Shown here in pieces: positions 1 to 10,971 of a stretch of DNA of 64,000 bases; the first letter of the stretch is position 1; every line of letters starts with the position of its first letter. The notes under the pieces are model-generated. The model was given only the letters and a program-made list of their open reading frames with translations, ran no database searches and was not told where the DNA came from. The DNA comes from Eledone cirrhosa. Taxonomy: Eukaryota. The DNA lies in NCBI GenBank assembly GCA_964016885.1, contig OZ024740.1:297972001-298036000 (forward strand), in the 5' to 3' direction. The position numbers were made by a program, and so were the translations under genes.

Positions 1-54
1 TTGCCGCTTTCGCAGTATTTCGGCCAATGGGGTATCACTTCCTTCGAGGCCTGA

Positions 55-643
55 CCTAAAAGCAGGACGAAGTACACTAAGACTAACTGGTAGAGTAAGG
101 AGTAAACTCGTCAGTGATGCATGTGATTTCCGAACCGTTGACTATGTAATTGATGGCCTTGTGCCAAAAGTAGTGGGACTTTTTGGATGGCATATCGGCA
201 GTAACAATGACGATAAGTCGTCTGTGCTTTCGTAAAATAAATACGTTTGTTTATATTTTGTTTTTGTGTATGCAAAAATATCTGTACACGAATATATAAT
301 TATATATATATATTAAAATAACAGATTAAAGTTTAAGCAAATAATCACTGCTTTCACCCGTAACGGGAGCTTCTGAAAATAAAAAAAATCAATCTGTGAA
401 CGCAGAAGTAAATATTTCTAAAAACGTTGCAACCGAAGGAAAACAGGAAGGCGATACTTTGGTTCGTGAAGACGTTCCCTGGCAATGAACGGAAAATAGC
501 GAAGATAATACGTCAGCAATGAGAACAATTTTTGTCATAATATCATAATGCAGACAGCCAGACATACAGAGATACAGACATACAGAGATACAGACAGATA
601 TTATAAGGGCGCGACGTTATAGCTATGTATCTATCTAAAAAGA
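55..643 (-). mobile_element. Non-autonomous Helitron-like element, 5' portion (same family as 37437-38020)
   Basis: Reverse complement matches 37441-37940 (e.g. GGCGATACTTTGGTTCGTGAAGACGTTCCCT). Minus strand begins TCTTTTTAGATAGATACATAG followed by GTCT-type repeats. Confidence 0.6.
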
Positions 644-825
644 CATACTAAGAAAGAGAGAGAGGTCGCTAACCGGTGCCTAACACACCTTTAACAACAG
701 AAAATTGAGAAATAAAAGCTGCAGTTAATAACTTTAGACCGCAAGGAAGATATTAATGCAAGTTTGAAGTCAATCGGAGTAGAAATGTGGATTTGTATAG
801 ACTTTGCAAAATTAGGACACACACG

Positions 826-828
826 CGC

Positions 829-905
<77 letters not shown>
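826..905. repeat. (CA)n microsatellite
   Basis: Direct reading. Confidence 0.98.
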
Positions 906-906
<1 letters not shown>

Positions 907-909
<3 letters not shown>

Positions 910-1140
910 CAATCAGTCCAGGGTCCGGGAAAGTATCAACACATATTTTTATTGTTTGACCCGAATTACTTGGTCATTTGTTTTGGCTGCGCGGATGATA
1001 TGTTTAACCATCATCTCAGTGTGTTTGGCCCTTAACGTATGTTGTAGCTCTAATTCGCATGAATCATCGAGCGCTTGCCACACATATCGGATGTTGATTT
1101 TCGTTAATTCCTGTGTGAAATACGATTCTCGCTAATTTAT
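907..1140 (-). mobile_element. Dispersed repeat, possibly a Tc1/mariner transposase C-terminus plus TIR remnant; second copy at 63710-63920
   Basis: Clear similarity to 63710-63920. Minus strand reads ...WQALDDSCELELQHTLRAKHTEMMVKHIIRAAKTNDQVIRVKQ*, and CAGGGTCCGGGAAAGTATC is TIR-like. Family assignment is weak. Confidence 0.4.
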
Positions 1141-1143
1141 ATT

Positions 1144-1367
<224 letters not shown>

Positions 1368-1368
1368 C

Positions 1369-1620
1369 AATAATCAAAGCTATGTTCAAATTATTTTATT
1401 GCTGACAATCGTTTCTTCCAAACTTTCGTTTGGAATCAACGAAGCACTACCAATGTTTGTACATATAATTAACCTCCTATTCAACTGAACAATCATATAG
1501 ATACATGGATATTAATGTTGTCAACAACAGTTTCGTATTTACAGAGTGGAATGGATGCGACATAGATTTTAAGATAATTAAAATTAAAAATTTAAAATTA
1601 AAAACTAAAAATTAAAAAGG
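1369..1620 (-). mobile_element. Diverged PLE pseudo-LTR end, homologous to the Naiad pLTR at 13960-14220
   Basis: Shares AATCAAAGCTATGTTCAAA...CAATGTTTGTACATATAATT.ACCTCCT and the A-rich AAAATT tract with 13960-14220. Confidence 0.75.
1401..1445 (-). ncRNA. Hammerhead-like motif with degenerate core
   Basis: Minus: GCT-TCGTTGA-TTCCAAAC GAAA GTTTGGAA-GAAAC GATT GTC-AGC. Stems are intact but the core deviates from CUGANGA. Confidence 0.55.
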
Positions 1621-1649
1621 CACAGAGTGGAATGCATGCGACAGACATT

Positions 1650-2930
1650 ACAAGGGAATAGTATAACAATGGTGGTGGTGGTGGTGGTGGTGGTGGTGGT
1701 GGTGGTGGTGGTGGTGGTGGTGGTGGTGGTGGTGCTGCTTCTGCTGCTGCTGCTGCTGTTATTTGCCTTATGGCTTTACATGTCCCCGTATGAACCATTT
1801 GTAAAGGTTTGGTCTGTTTTTCAACTTTTACTGTCTTTACCATTTTCGGAAACAGTCAACCACTTCCCATTTTCGTCTTGCAACACGAGTGATTTGAATT
1901 AGTGAGTGGCATATCTTGCCTGAGCTCTTCTACTGAAGCTGGGGGTGGATTCTGTTGCTGATGTTGTGGGAGATGGTGTTACTATCGCTACTATTGTTGA
2001 TATTGTTGCTTCTGTGGTTTGTATTTTTGTTGTTGCTTTCTGCTGTTACTGCTGCTGCTGTTGATGATACAGTGTGTTTGTGTCAGTAGTTGTACTTTTC
2101 GAATCCCTTCTGTCTGCGTTTATGGACAGAAGGCCTTCAAATGTCTGTGCATATGTGTTGGTGCCATACATACGACACCTCGGCTTTCTACCCTCTACCA
2201 CATCGAACAGCTGGTTGCCATCTGATAGGTTAAAGTAGTCTGGGACGGCTTCTAAACTCACTTGGATAATGAGCTCCATGCCCATGCTTTTTCAGCCATA
2301 CATTCTCACCTCTGAACCTTAAGTATCTTTGTTTTTTATTCTATTTATGCCAAGACAACCACCACTGACCAGCAAATGTCTATTTTTTGTTTTCTTTTGT
2401 TTCTCTAAGATCTTTTTTGATCTTAGCAAATTGGAATGAGGATGCGTTCCATACTTTTTCTCGTGTGCTCTCTCATTGTGCTCTCTCAATCGTCTTGAAC
2501 TTGGAACCTGTACCGGTATAACACTCGTTTTTCTGTGTCTTGTAGAACATTCTGCTTGTTATATGATTCGGGCGACTCTTGTTACGAGCTGAATGACTCT
2601 GGTAAAATTATCTTCGGTTATTTGGACTGTCTGTCGCTTTGGTCGCATTGGCAAAAGATGAGCTTGTCGTTGCCTTAGTAGTATTAGTGACAGTGCAGAG
2701 GCAGTAATAGGGCCTTCATCTCTAATCTCAGTGGTGACGGTGGTAGCAGTGTTACACGATGACGCGCTAGTGCCTATGATTATGCTGGTGGTGGTAGTGG
2801 CGTTTTAGTTTTTGTATTTATTGTAGTCGTTTTTTCTGTTTGTGTTGCTATTTTTAGTGCTATTTTTGTTAGTATATTGCTGTTCTCGCCACTGATAAAA
2901 CAATTTTGGCTGTTCCACTCTGCGTTCATT
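1650..2930 (-). pseudogene. Decayed LINE ORF1/gag-like sequence with a CCHC zinc-knuckle remnant
   Basis: Minus: ...VPDYFNLSDGNQLFDVVEGRKPRCRMYG..(frameshift)..HLKAFCP, resembling the VEGR.P.C..CG...H....CP motif of L1/Tx1-type ORF1. Followed by Thr/Gln/Pro-rich triplet repeats. Confidence 0.5.
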
Positions 2931-3418
2931 TTTCTTTATTATTTTTTTACTAAGAATTAGGAGCATGGTTGTATTTAAAACACAGACTTTACCACTAAGG
3001 GCTAAATGTTCAGAGTCGTCCTCTTTGAAAATTAAAGAGCGGGGACTTATTTAAATAAATTTAACATTTTTTGTAAATCTCTGTCCAGTAAAACAAGAAC
3101 AAATATAACAACAACAGCAGCAGCAATAGCAGCAATAATAACAACACTACGGGCCCTTTTTCAAACTTTCTGAGATTTTGTTTTACAAACGTTGCTTCGT
3201 GTTACATCAATAGATCTTCAGACATTCAGGAAATGGGCCAAGCAATGTAACGTGAGTGTAGACAATGGAAGAAGTTCATAGAATGGTTAACTCCCTTGAA
3301 AGACGAGATATCTGACTTTTTCGTATAACAAAGGCCAACTTGTGAAATATCTGTAGTTTAACGAAGTGTAATTATAAGAAATAGTTGAAATAGGTAGGTA
3401 GGTATTCAGAGAGAGGGG

Positions 3419-3531
<113 letters not shown>

Positions 3532-3709
3532 AGAAGATAAATGAAAACTCACTGGTAGATGGATATATATATATATATATACATATATATAGTTTTAATA
3601 TAGATGAGATTCTACAGGACTAGAACTGTTTCATTCTTTAGAAATCATCATCATTACTTACTGTGGTTACCTCCGATTCAACCCGGAATAACTTACTTAT
3701 ACATATATA

Positions 3710-3741
<32 letters not shown>

Positions 3742-3823
3742 AGGTAAACAGAAATAACGACACAATCGGTACAGTATATGGAAGGAATATATTAGGTTAA
3801 CGCTTGAAATAGCAGGAAGAGGG

Positions 3824-3859
3824 TCTTAACGTTTCGGACGCTAATCTTTCATCAGAAGA
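3824..3859 (-). ncRNA. Minimal type I hammerhead motif in a PLE pLTR remnant (family shared with 9326-9360)
   Basis: Minus: TCTT-CTGATGA-AAGATTAGCGTCC-GAAACGTTA-AGA, with palindromic AACGTT in stem III. Flanks 3750-3950 resemble 9250-9470. Confidence 0.65.
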
Positions 3860-3952
3860 AAGAATGAGAAATTAGAAAGATTGAATGAACAGGCGGGGAG
3901 AAATCGGAAAAAATGCGTTTAAAGAAAAGTAACATGTTCCTTCATGTTCACA

Positions 3953-4065
<113 letters not shown>

Positions 4066-4175
4066 TGTTTAGAAAATGTAAGAGAAACACAAACATGAGG
4101 ACAATTCCCGTTCTTGGGCTGTCTGCTGTGGGTCGCTGATATTTCGATGCATTAAAGACAGTACATCTCACCACT

Positions 4176-4735
4176 TCATCATCATCATCAGGTCGAGCTT
4201 GCTCGGCCTTCTACGACACGTTTCCTCCATCCATCTCTGTCTCTCATAGCGTTTGCCAGTTCTTCCGCAGTGCATCCAGTATCGTCCTCAAGTTGCTTGA
4301 CGTAAGTCTTCTTGGGACGACCAACGTTTCTTGCTCCATGAGATGGACTCCATAACAACACATCACCTGCTATTTCTTCCTTGCTGCGCCAACAGTGGCC
4401 AGCAAATCTGAGTCTCTGTTTACGTATTGACCTGCTGATAGGTGGTATATTGCCATAGAGATCCTTATTTGTTGGGTGTTCCCTCCAAGACACGTTTAAA
4501 GCAACGCGGAGTATACGTCTAGCTTTTTATCCAGTTTTGACGTATGATAGAGCCACAAGTGATAGAGCCATAAACAAGCACAGACTCCACAGCAGCCCTG
4601 AAGAAATTCCTTTTCAGTTTGGCCGGCAGGTTTGATTTCCATATCTTTTCCATTGCATTCAATGTTCCCCAGGCTTTTCCAGGTCTGATGTTAACATCAT
4701 GTTCTGTGGAGGCGATATAGCTACCCAAGTAGTGC
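4176..4735 (-). mobile_element. 5'-truncated RTE/RTE-X-like LINE 3' fragment with a (TGA)n tail
   Basis: [64 protein letters not shown], typical RTE-clade C-terminus. TCA repeats at 4176-4190. Confidence 0.85.
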
Positions 4736-4885
4736 GTTGATAACTACAAGGAATAGTTATTAAGGAAGAAAACAACCAAATAACAGAGGCTATAGCGAAG
4801 AGAACTACAGAAAAAGAAAATGAACAGAAGAAAAACATACCGATAGAGAGGGGGAACGACGGGACAGTAGTACATGTTAATTGCA

Positions 4886-4952
<67 letters not shown>

Positions 4953-5074
4953 CTGCTATATCAAGCGTTAACCTAATATATTCCTTCCATATTGTGTTTT
5001 TATTCTTGATTGTGTCGTTATTCTTGTTTACCTTTTACATATACACGGAGAGAGAGAGGGGGGGGGGGGGGATA

Positions 5075-5560
5075 GAGGTAGTTAAATAGGTAGATAGATA
5101 AATTTGCTAACAAATAAATAGAAAACCAAGATAAATAGAAAATAAGTCGCTTTTTAAACAATCTACCCCCTGCTAAATAGATGGAGATAGATGTCTATTT
5201 AATAGGCAAGGTAAATACATACTACATATACAATATAATATTTCGCCTGCGGAAGGATCCCCGTGAGGTGGGATGGCTGATGGAGCGATCGTCTTTGGCT
5301 GTTCTCCGCTGCAATGCTTTCGCCATCTTGTCCGCAGAGTGCAGCTGAGATACACCGCCGAATAAAGGGTGTAGATTATGCCTTCTCCCCATTTCACCCT
5401 TGCCCCTTTTTTATTATTTAATTTTTCTTCCTCCCAATTTTTTCTTTTCTTATTATTATTTTAATCTTTTTTTTTTCTTCCCTAAGGATGAAAGCAAAGC
5501 TAATCTATATTAAATGAGAATTTCTGGTTTCAGCAAATAACTGTTGTACTTACTCTTGGG
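5075..5560 (+). repeat. Local duplication, copy 1 (copy 2 = 10670-10971 + 12861-12970 + 13447-13527)
   Basis: Colinear similarity by eye. Contains the empty hAT target site GTGTAGAT at 5369-5376. Confidence 0.85.
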
Positions 5561-5965
5561 TCCAAACTATTAAGGGACTAGAATAAACAGAAGGGTTGGA
5601 GTTTGCGGGTGAGTTGGTATAAGCTGGGGAGTTGGAATAAGCGGTGTTGGTCGAAAATCGGTAATTTTTCTAGGTTGTCTTCGTTGATTTTTTCAAAAAC
5701 CAGAATTAGTTGTTTAGTTTACATATTGAGACCCCAAGCCATTCTATTTATTTTATAAGGTATGAGATTTCTTGTAATGTACTTTTTTTGTTATGTATAA
5801 TGTTTTTTTAATGTCTAAAGAAAATTGTCACAGGAATGCTACCACTTAAAATAAAATTTCGCCGGAGGTAGAATACAAAATTTAATAAGCGTGGTGGTGG
5901 AATAAGAGCGGGGGAAAGATCTGACAAATTGATAAGCTGGGGTGGGGGACGATTATTCGAGACTT
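5551..5965. mobile_element. MITE, TACTCTCGGGTCC-type TIR family (inverted relative to 23737-24165 and 36020-36361)
   Basis: Starts TACTCTTGGGTCCAAA. Internal GGAATGCTACCACTTAAAATAAAATTTCGCCGGAG is the reverse complement of the internal block in the other two copies. Confidence 0.65.
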
Positions 5966-6300
5966 TCTCGGGGTCTATCCCTGGGTCCTCTACCGATTTG
6001 TTTACCCGTAAAATCTGTCCAGTGATTCTGAGACATTCTGAGACATTCTAACAACATGCCCATAGTATTGGAGCTGTGATCTCTCAATTCTCAGAGTGAC
6101 TCTCTGATCTCCGAGTTACGCATTCTATCGAGTAACGTTACTCCAAAGACCCTTAAAAGGAACCCCATTTCGGGCACTAGTATTCACAATCTTATTCTTC
6201 GGTCATTACCCAAGATTCATGACCATAGGTGAGGGTTGACAGGAATACCGAATTGAAGATAGCGAGTTTGGCTTTTACACCTACTTCCTTCTTCTGATTA
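5965..6300 (-). mobile_element. Decayed RTE (Expander-like) LINE fragment
   Basis: Minus: LSTLTYGHESWVMTEE...GRGPRDRPR, matching the RTE C-terminal motifs TLTYGHE.W.MT and RGRPR. Confidence 0.65.
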
Positions 6301-6774
6301 CCGTATTCGTATCATTTCCAAGAGCAAATATAGTTATCTCTTTTCATACATTTGTATACATTTGTATATAAATACATTTGTATACATTTGTATATAAATA
6401 AACGTGAAATGTTGACAAACAAGTTTTATAGGAATAAGGAAGTAATAAATGTTCTAAACAATTTGAAATGACGTTAGTCATCGATTAAGTTGTGATTTAG
6501 AAAACCGCAGATTTAAAAAAAAAATGAAATAGTAAATTTGAGAAAAAATATATATATCAGGATTTATTAAAGGAAATTTTAGAAATGACACAAATTTTAG
6601 AAGCAGGTGTTATAACCCAGTGTTTGATGTTGTCTAAATCTGAGAAACATTTGTAGCAATAGCTATTTTTAACATTTTATCATTATTTTAAGTCTTTTAA
6701 TCACCATTTACCACGTAAGTGCATGTATTTTTTGACAGAAATTGTAAACTTACTGCACAAAAATATATTAAGAA

Positions 6775-7946
6775 CTAGCTGAATTACCCGGCGTTGCCCG
6801 GGTTACTGCTGTTCTTATTCAGATTAGTAAACAATAGATATGAAGATATGTTTTTTTTCTCATAATTATTTCAAAATATCTATATTATATTTATTTATTT
6901 TTTTTTATATCAAAATTGTAATGATAATAGAATTTAGAAATGAAAATCTGTCAATCTTCAAGCACCTTAGGGTAAACAATATTCATTGTGCAATTCATGT
7001 ATGTGTAGATATGTGTGTGTATTTAATAACGTACCTAATGAACGCGCAAAGACACACACTCAGAGACACATACATATTCATATACAAAATGTGACGTCCT
7101 ATTGTTTTAATCCAAATGAAAATAAAAATTATCACACATACACTCACACACACATACACTCACACATACATACACTCACACACACATACACTCTCACACA
7201 CATACACTCACACACACTCTCACATACATTCACATACATATACTAAGACAGACACACACAGACATACATTTACGCACACCTGTCTGTCATCACATGTATC
7301 TGTGTGTGTAGATGTGTGTATATGTTTTTAATTGTCTTTGTGCACACTTATATACAAAATGTGACGTTGTCGTGGTGGTGGTGGTGGTGGTGGTGGTGGT
7401 GGTGGTGGTGGTGGTGGTTTACTATAGTTGACTAAAGGAAATATATTTATGTCAGTCAACACATATACACTCACACACACATACACTCTCACATACATTC
7501 ACACGCATACACTCTAACATACATACACATACATATACTATGACAGACACATACACATACAAAATGTGACTTCTACACTCACACACATTATGTGTATGTA
7601 TGTGTAGATGTGTGTGTGTTTAATTCTCTGAGGCCTAACATACATAACGAACGCGCAAACACACACACACTCACAGGCACATACACATGCATATACAAAA
7701 TGTGAGTCGGCGTCGTCATCGTCGTGGTGGGGGTTTACTATAGTTGACTACTATAGAAATATTATTTTAGATAAAATGTTATATTGTTTTAATCCAAATG
7801 AAATAAAATACATGTTGACACTCCTTACCTTGTAAAATTTGATTTGATTTGGTCGAGCCGTTTGAGAATGCATATGAACAGACAGACAGGCAGACAGGCA
7901 GACAGGCAGACAGACAGAGAGACAAATAATTTTTTATATAGAGAGA
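6775..7946 (-). mobile_element. Non-autonomous Helitron, complete
   Basis: Minus: A|TCTCTCTATATAAAA + (GTCT)n ... CCCGGGCAACGCCGGG hairpin ... CTAG|T. Inserted in an AT dinucleotide with no TSD. Confidence 0.85.
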
Positions 7947-8454
7947 TTACACAAGCAGGGTTAAAGAGTTTGTTACAATAATCACTGGAATATATAAAAC
8001 TGAACTCCTGTACGTATCGTCCACCCACACTCTATCATTACTCTATTACATGTTCCAGCCAACAGGCTGAGGTCATGCTGGGGCACCGCTATATATAAAC
8101 AATATATATATATATCTTATTTTATTTTGTTATCTGTTATACATAAACATATTATATCAACTATATTTTACAAACAAAAGTTATACAATGATAGAAATAT
8201 TTAAAAAAAAAGATAAAAGAAAAATTAAGTAATGAAAAAAGGGGCAAGGGGTAAAGAAATGATCTGGCTGTAGAGGAAAGTAGAGGAAAGGACTATAAAT
8301 GCCATAAATGAGAAGAAAAGGAGGGAAAGAGCAAGGACTATTAAACAACGGAAGAAAGAGGGGATACGGGAGAGGGTGACAGATTAATTTCTGGAGGTTT
8401 TTTATGTTTGGGAAACTTTCCATCGCCTAATAGAAGTTTTAACAGTTAGAATGA

Positions 8455-8775
8455 AATGGATATCCATCGGTTTCGACGATGGTTGTTCCAGTTGTTCGAT
8501 CAACAGAACAGAGTGCTTATGAAATGTGTAAGTGGCTAAGCATCCCACAGCTATGTGTATCATTAACGTAATTCTCAGGGAGATTCAGCGTGACACAGAG
8601 TACAATCCATCCGACGGGCTTCCAAACAGTTTCTGTCTAACCAATTTCACTAATAATGCTTGGGTTTATCCGAGGCTATGGTCAAGGACATTTGCCCTAG
8701 ATGTCACGCAGTAGGGCCAAACCCGGTCCGTCATGATTTTAAAGCGAGCTTCTTAACCATTCGCTCATGCAGCGT
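8455..8775 (-). mobile_element. Old tRNA-derived SINE, second (longer) family
   Basis: Reverse complement of blocks shared with 21615-22070 and 31030-31330 (GTCACGCTGAATCTCCCTGAGAATTACGTTAA...GAAACCGAYGGA). Confidence 0.65.
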
Positions 8776-8847
8776 CCACCTTAACTGTTATTATTCGTAA
8801 ACTTATTCCAAGATTTCAGTTAGTATATAAATCTTGGCAGCTTTTCA

Positions 8848-9203
8848 TAATGGTTTCTGATTTAGGCACAAGGCCAACAATTTTGTGGGAAGGGAAAGTT
8901 GATTAAATCGATCCCAGTGCATTACTGGTACTTTATCTCATCGAGCCGGTAAGGAGGAAAGGCAAAGCTAACTTCGGTTGGATTTGAACTCAGAACGTAA
9001 AGAGTCGAAAATCTATACCACATAGCATGTTTTCCAATGCCTTACCGACACTGCCAATTTCCCACCATGGTGGAAGCTTTGCACAATGGTTTCTGATTTA
9101 GGTACAAAGCCAACAATTTTTGGGGTGTGTTGAGGGTCGATTTAATCGACTCAGTGCGTTAGTGGTACTTTATTTTATCGAACCCGTACGGATAAAAGGC
9201 AAG
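8848..9203 (-). mobile_element. Two CORE-type tRNA-SINE copies (one full, one partial)
   Basis: GGCACAAGGCC...ACTGGTACTTTA...GAAAGGCAAAG...GATTTGAACTC on plus, which is the reverse complement of the SINE consensus. Confidence 0.8.
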
Positions 9204-9325
9204 TGACAACTTTTCATAATAAAAGCAAATATATTTTAAATTTTATTTAAAAGAAATAAAGCAAAAGACACGATACAATGACGAAATATATCATTAGTGC
9301 TTCGCTTGATATCGCTGGAAAAGAG

Positions 9326-9360
9326 TCTTAACGTTTCGGATACTAGTCTTTCATCAGAAA
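9326..9360 (-). ncRNA. Minimal type I hammerhead motif
   Basis: Minus: TTT-CTGATGA-AAGACTAGTATCC-GAAACGTTA-AGA. Confidence 0.6.
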
Positions 9361-9853
9361 ATAGAATGAAAAATTAAAGCAGACATAGAAAGATAGCGAA
9401 AAGTGGACAGTGGCAGAAACGAAAAAATATTTTCTTTCGGAGAATAACATGGCTGTGATGGTATGTGTAGAAGTGTGAGCGTGTTGTTGGTCTGTACAAG
9501 CTGTAAGAGTTTGTTTCTAACCGTAACAGAGCTATATGCGTATATATATATATATATATAAAAACAAATAACGAAACGAAATTAAATTTCGTTTCGTTTG
9601 TAACTCATTTTTGTATGACTGACGCTTAAACAATTAAGTCAAAAATGTACATCTACATATGCATACTGAAATACTAGTGTGTATATGAATACACACACGT
9701 ATACATATGCAGATGTAACAAGTCTTTCACTGGTTACTTTACTGTGAGCAACCCAGCTATTCTGTATGTAAACACACAGACAAACCGGTTTTTAGAGTCA
9801 TACTGGTTTTCGAGGAAACATCTTTCCTCTATTCTCCAGAAAGCCAGACAAGG

Positions 9854-9898
9854 AATATTGAACTAGTTTCGTTGTTGTTACAACTCATCAGCAATATT
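9854..9898 (-). ncRNA. Type I hammerhead ribozyme, canonical core
   Basis: Minus: AATATTG-CTGATGA-GTTG TAACAA CAAC-GAAA-CTAG-TT-CAATATT. 7-bp stem I, G-C closed stem II, palindromic ACTAGT stem III. Confidence 0.9.
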
Positions 9899-10320
9899 TA
9901 CCTATCTACCGGCCTTTCTGGAGAATCGTAAAAGCACATATCGTTATATGCTTTTTCTATGAAAATTAGTAGTGGGCAGACTAATTTGCATAGAGTGTGA
10001 GTACGCACCGGTTCAGCGGAGACGATAAAAACAAATAACGAAACGAAATTAAATTTCGTTTCGTTTGTAACTCACTTTTGTATGACTGACGCTTAAACAA
10101 TTAAGTCAAAAATGTACATCTACATATGCATACTGAAATACTAGTGTGTATATGAATACACACACGTATACATATGCAGATGTAACAAGTCTTTCACTGG
10201 TTACTTTACTGTGAGCAACCCAGCTATTCTGTATGTAAACACACAGACAAACCGGTTTTTAGAGTCATACTGGTTTTCGAGGAAACATCTTTCCTCTATT
10301 CTCCAGAAAGCCAGACAAGG

Positions 10321-10365
10321 AATATTGAACTAGTTTCGTTGTTGTTACAACTCATCAGCAATATT
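10321..10365 (-). ncRNA. Type I hammerhead ribozyme, copy 2
   Basis: Identical to 9854-9898, 467 nt away. Confidence 0.9.
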
Positions 10366-10420
10366 TACCTATCTACCGGCCTTTCTTTTACGATTCTCCA
10401 GAAAGGCCGGTAGATAGGTA

Positions 10421-10465
10421 AATATTGCTGATGAGTTGTAACAACAACGAAACTAGTTCAATATT
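10421..10465 (+). ncRNA. Type I hammerhead ribozyme, copy 3 (inverted)
   Basis: Plus: AATATTGCTGATGAGTTGTAACAACAACGAAACTAGTTCAATATT. Confidence 0.9.
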
Positions 10466-10519
10466 CCTTGTCTGGCTTTCTGGAGAATAGAGGAAAGATG
10501 TTTCCTCGAAAACATCTTA

Positions 10520-10589
<70 letters not shown>

Positions 10590-10600
10590 GAGAGAGAGAG

Positions 10601-10672
<72 letters not shown>

Positions 10673-10971
10673 GTATAGTTAAATTGGTAGATAGATTTTC
10701 TAACAAATAAATAGACAACCAACAAGATAAATAAAAAATAAGTCGCTTTTTAAACAATCTACCCCTGCTAAATAGATGGAAATAGATGTCTATTTAATAG
10801 GAAAGGCAAATACATACTACATATACAATATAATATTTCGCCTGAGGAAGGATCCCCGTGAGGTGGGATGGCTGATGTAGCGATGGTCTTTGGCTGTTCT
10901 TCACGGCAATGCTTTCGCCATCTTGTCCGCAGGATGCAGCTGAGATACACCACCCAATAAAGGGTATAGAT

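Larger units (their letters stand above)
9558..10516 (-). mobile_element. Retrozyme-like / non-autonomous PLE: 467-bp tandem unit (1.8 copies) plus an inverted partial copy, between (TA)n tracts
   Basis: 9558-9920 is repeated almost exactly at 10025-10386. 10387-10516 is the reverse complement of about 9803-9932. Each copy carries a hammerhead, and there is no ORF. Confidence 0.85.

Noticed and set aside
3618-3660. Further hammerhead-like remnants (also about 13160-13200, 32510-32550, 52375-52430, 60020-60060, 60345-60390, 61468-61505)
   Set aside because: Several core positions are mutated; these are probably decayed PLE ribozymes but too degenerate to call.
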